Source of the DNA: the human T2T-CHM13v2.0 reference genome, Homo sapiens
Assembly (NCBI RefSeq): GCF_009914755.1
Contig: NC_060947.1
Length of the DNA: 64,000 bases
Direction: 5' to 3' (one strand)
In this document: positions 62,635 to 64,000 of the stretch, one piece after another
Layout: each line of letters begins with the position of its first letter
How positions within the stretch are numbered: position 1 is the first letter of the stretch
The notes under the pieces: model-generated
Told to the model about the DNA's origin: nothing
The model's input: the letters and a program-made list of their open reading frames with translations, nothing else
Databases searched by the model: none
Position numbers and translations under genes: made by a program

Positions 62635-62875
62635 AGAAGCAGAGGTTTAAAGTACAGGCTTAGGAGCCAAACTGCCTGGGTTTGAATCTCACCTCTGCCA
62701 CTCACTAGCTATGTGAACTTAAGCAATTTATACTTCACCTTTCTGCATCTCAGTTTCTGCATCTGTGAAATGGAAGTACTAATAGTACCCACTTCACAGG
62801 GTGGTTAAGAGGATTAAATGAGCTAAAATAGTTAAGTACTTAAAGTTCCTGGCACATGTTAAGTATTAGCTATCA
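62635..62875 (+). mobile_element. MIR
   Basis: ggagccaaactgcctgggtttgaatctc...ctcagtttctgcatctgtgaaatgg. Confidence 0.85.
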
Positions 62876-63693
62876 TCATCATCATCGTTAATATTATCCT
62901 AATCTAACAGATGAGAAATCTGGGTCTGAGTGGTTAAGTAAATTGTTGGCAATTACAAAACTACTAAGTAGCAGAGCAGGATACAAATTCAGGACTTTGT
63001 GACTCTACTATATCACTACAATATGTAACCAGGATATAATGTGGGGTGATTAATACAGTCAAGTGTTATGAGCACTCCAAAATGGACACTCAACTCTTCC
63101 AGGGATGTGGAACTGAGTGGGAGCTGAGACTTGGAGATGCCTGAGAGATGATGATTTTGCTCAAGATCCTGTCTGGCTTCTTATCTCCTCAACCTCTGCC
63201 TTCTGAGGGTACCCAAGGATCCAGGTCCAGACAGAGCACCATCTATAAAACCAGAAGCTGAAGCATCCACCATTCCCACCGCCCCACCCCTCCAACTCCA
63301 GGCACACAGGACTTAAAGGAATGCAAAGGACACAGCAAGTTCCAGCGTACCTAGGAAGTGTCTCCTTTATGAGTTTGTCATATAACAGGTTTCACTGAAT
63401 TCTGGATGCACCAACGGAATAACTTCATATGCACTGACATGCACACAGACAGACTGTTCTATCTCCAAAAAAAAAAAAAACCCAAACAAAAAACCCTTTT
63501 GTGATCCCCTCAGTCTCTGCCCCATTACTCTAGTCCCCTTTACACCAAATTCTTCAAAATTGAGTCATTCTTGAGTTCCTTCTTCCACAACCCCAATCCA
63601 ATCTATTAACAAATCCTGTATCAATATATATTCAAAATCCAACCACTTCTCATCATCACTGACTCTGCTTTAAGCCACCACTGCCTAACTAGA

Positions 63694-63882
63694 CCAAAGT
63701 TTCTCAGATTTTAGGGAATATTAGAAACACCTGGTAAGCTTGTTAAAATACAGATTCCTAGGCCCCATCCCCAGACATCTTGATTCAGTAGGACTGGGTT
63801 GGGCCTATAAACGTGCATTTCTAATGACCTCTCAGGTGATGCTGATGCTGCTGGTCCAGGGACCACACTTTAAGGAATAATG
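63694..63882. mobile_element. MER5A
   Basis: cttgttaaaatacagattcctaggcccc...caggtgatgctgatgctgctggtcc.gggaccacacttt. Confidence 0.85.
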
Positions 63883-64000
63883 ATCTACAGTAGCCCCCAA
63901 ATTCTCCCTGCTTCTACCTTGCTCCTCACCTTTAGTCTATCCTCACAAGAGCCAAAACCTAAATCAGATCACAACTCTCACTTGCTCAAAAAGCTTCTGT

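Overview
Primate genomic DNA, most likely human: it is Alu-dense and contains an AluYa5-like copy. The window is the middle of PHF8 (KDM7B, a PHD-finger/JmjC histone demethylase, Xp11.22) on the minus strand. I mapped 16 consecutive coding exons by hand between 54710 and 16781 (2345 nt). All have GT-AG boundaries and mutually consistent phases. They encode roughly residues 33-815 of the 1024-aa isoform: the end of the PHD finger, the complete JmjC domain and part of the C-terminal region. Exon numbers 3-18 and residue numbers come from my recollection of the reference. The start-codon exon and the last exons lie outside the window. Introns are filled with nested L1s (nearly all antisense to the gene), about 60 Alu copies or fragments, MIR/L2, one MaLR LTR, several DNA transposons and three small-RNA retrocopies (Y1, tRNA-Met 5' half, U2 5' end). 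Almost all non-PHF8 ORFs in the track are Alu or L1 artefacts. I found no convincing new biological system. The best leads are a GC-AG donor/40-nt micro-exon switch at exon 17, a candidate distal-branch-point poison exon after exon 18, and a U2+Alu double insertion with an apparent Alu 3' read-through segment.
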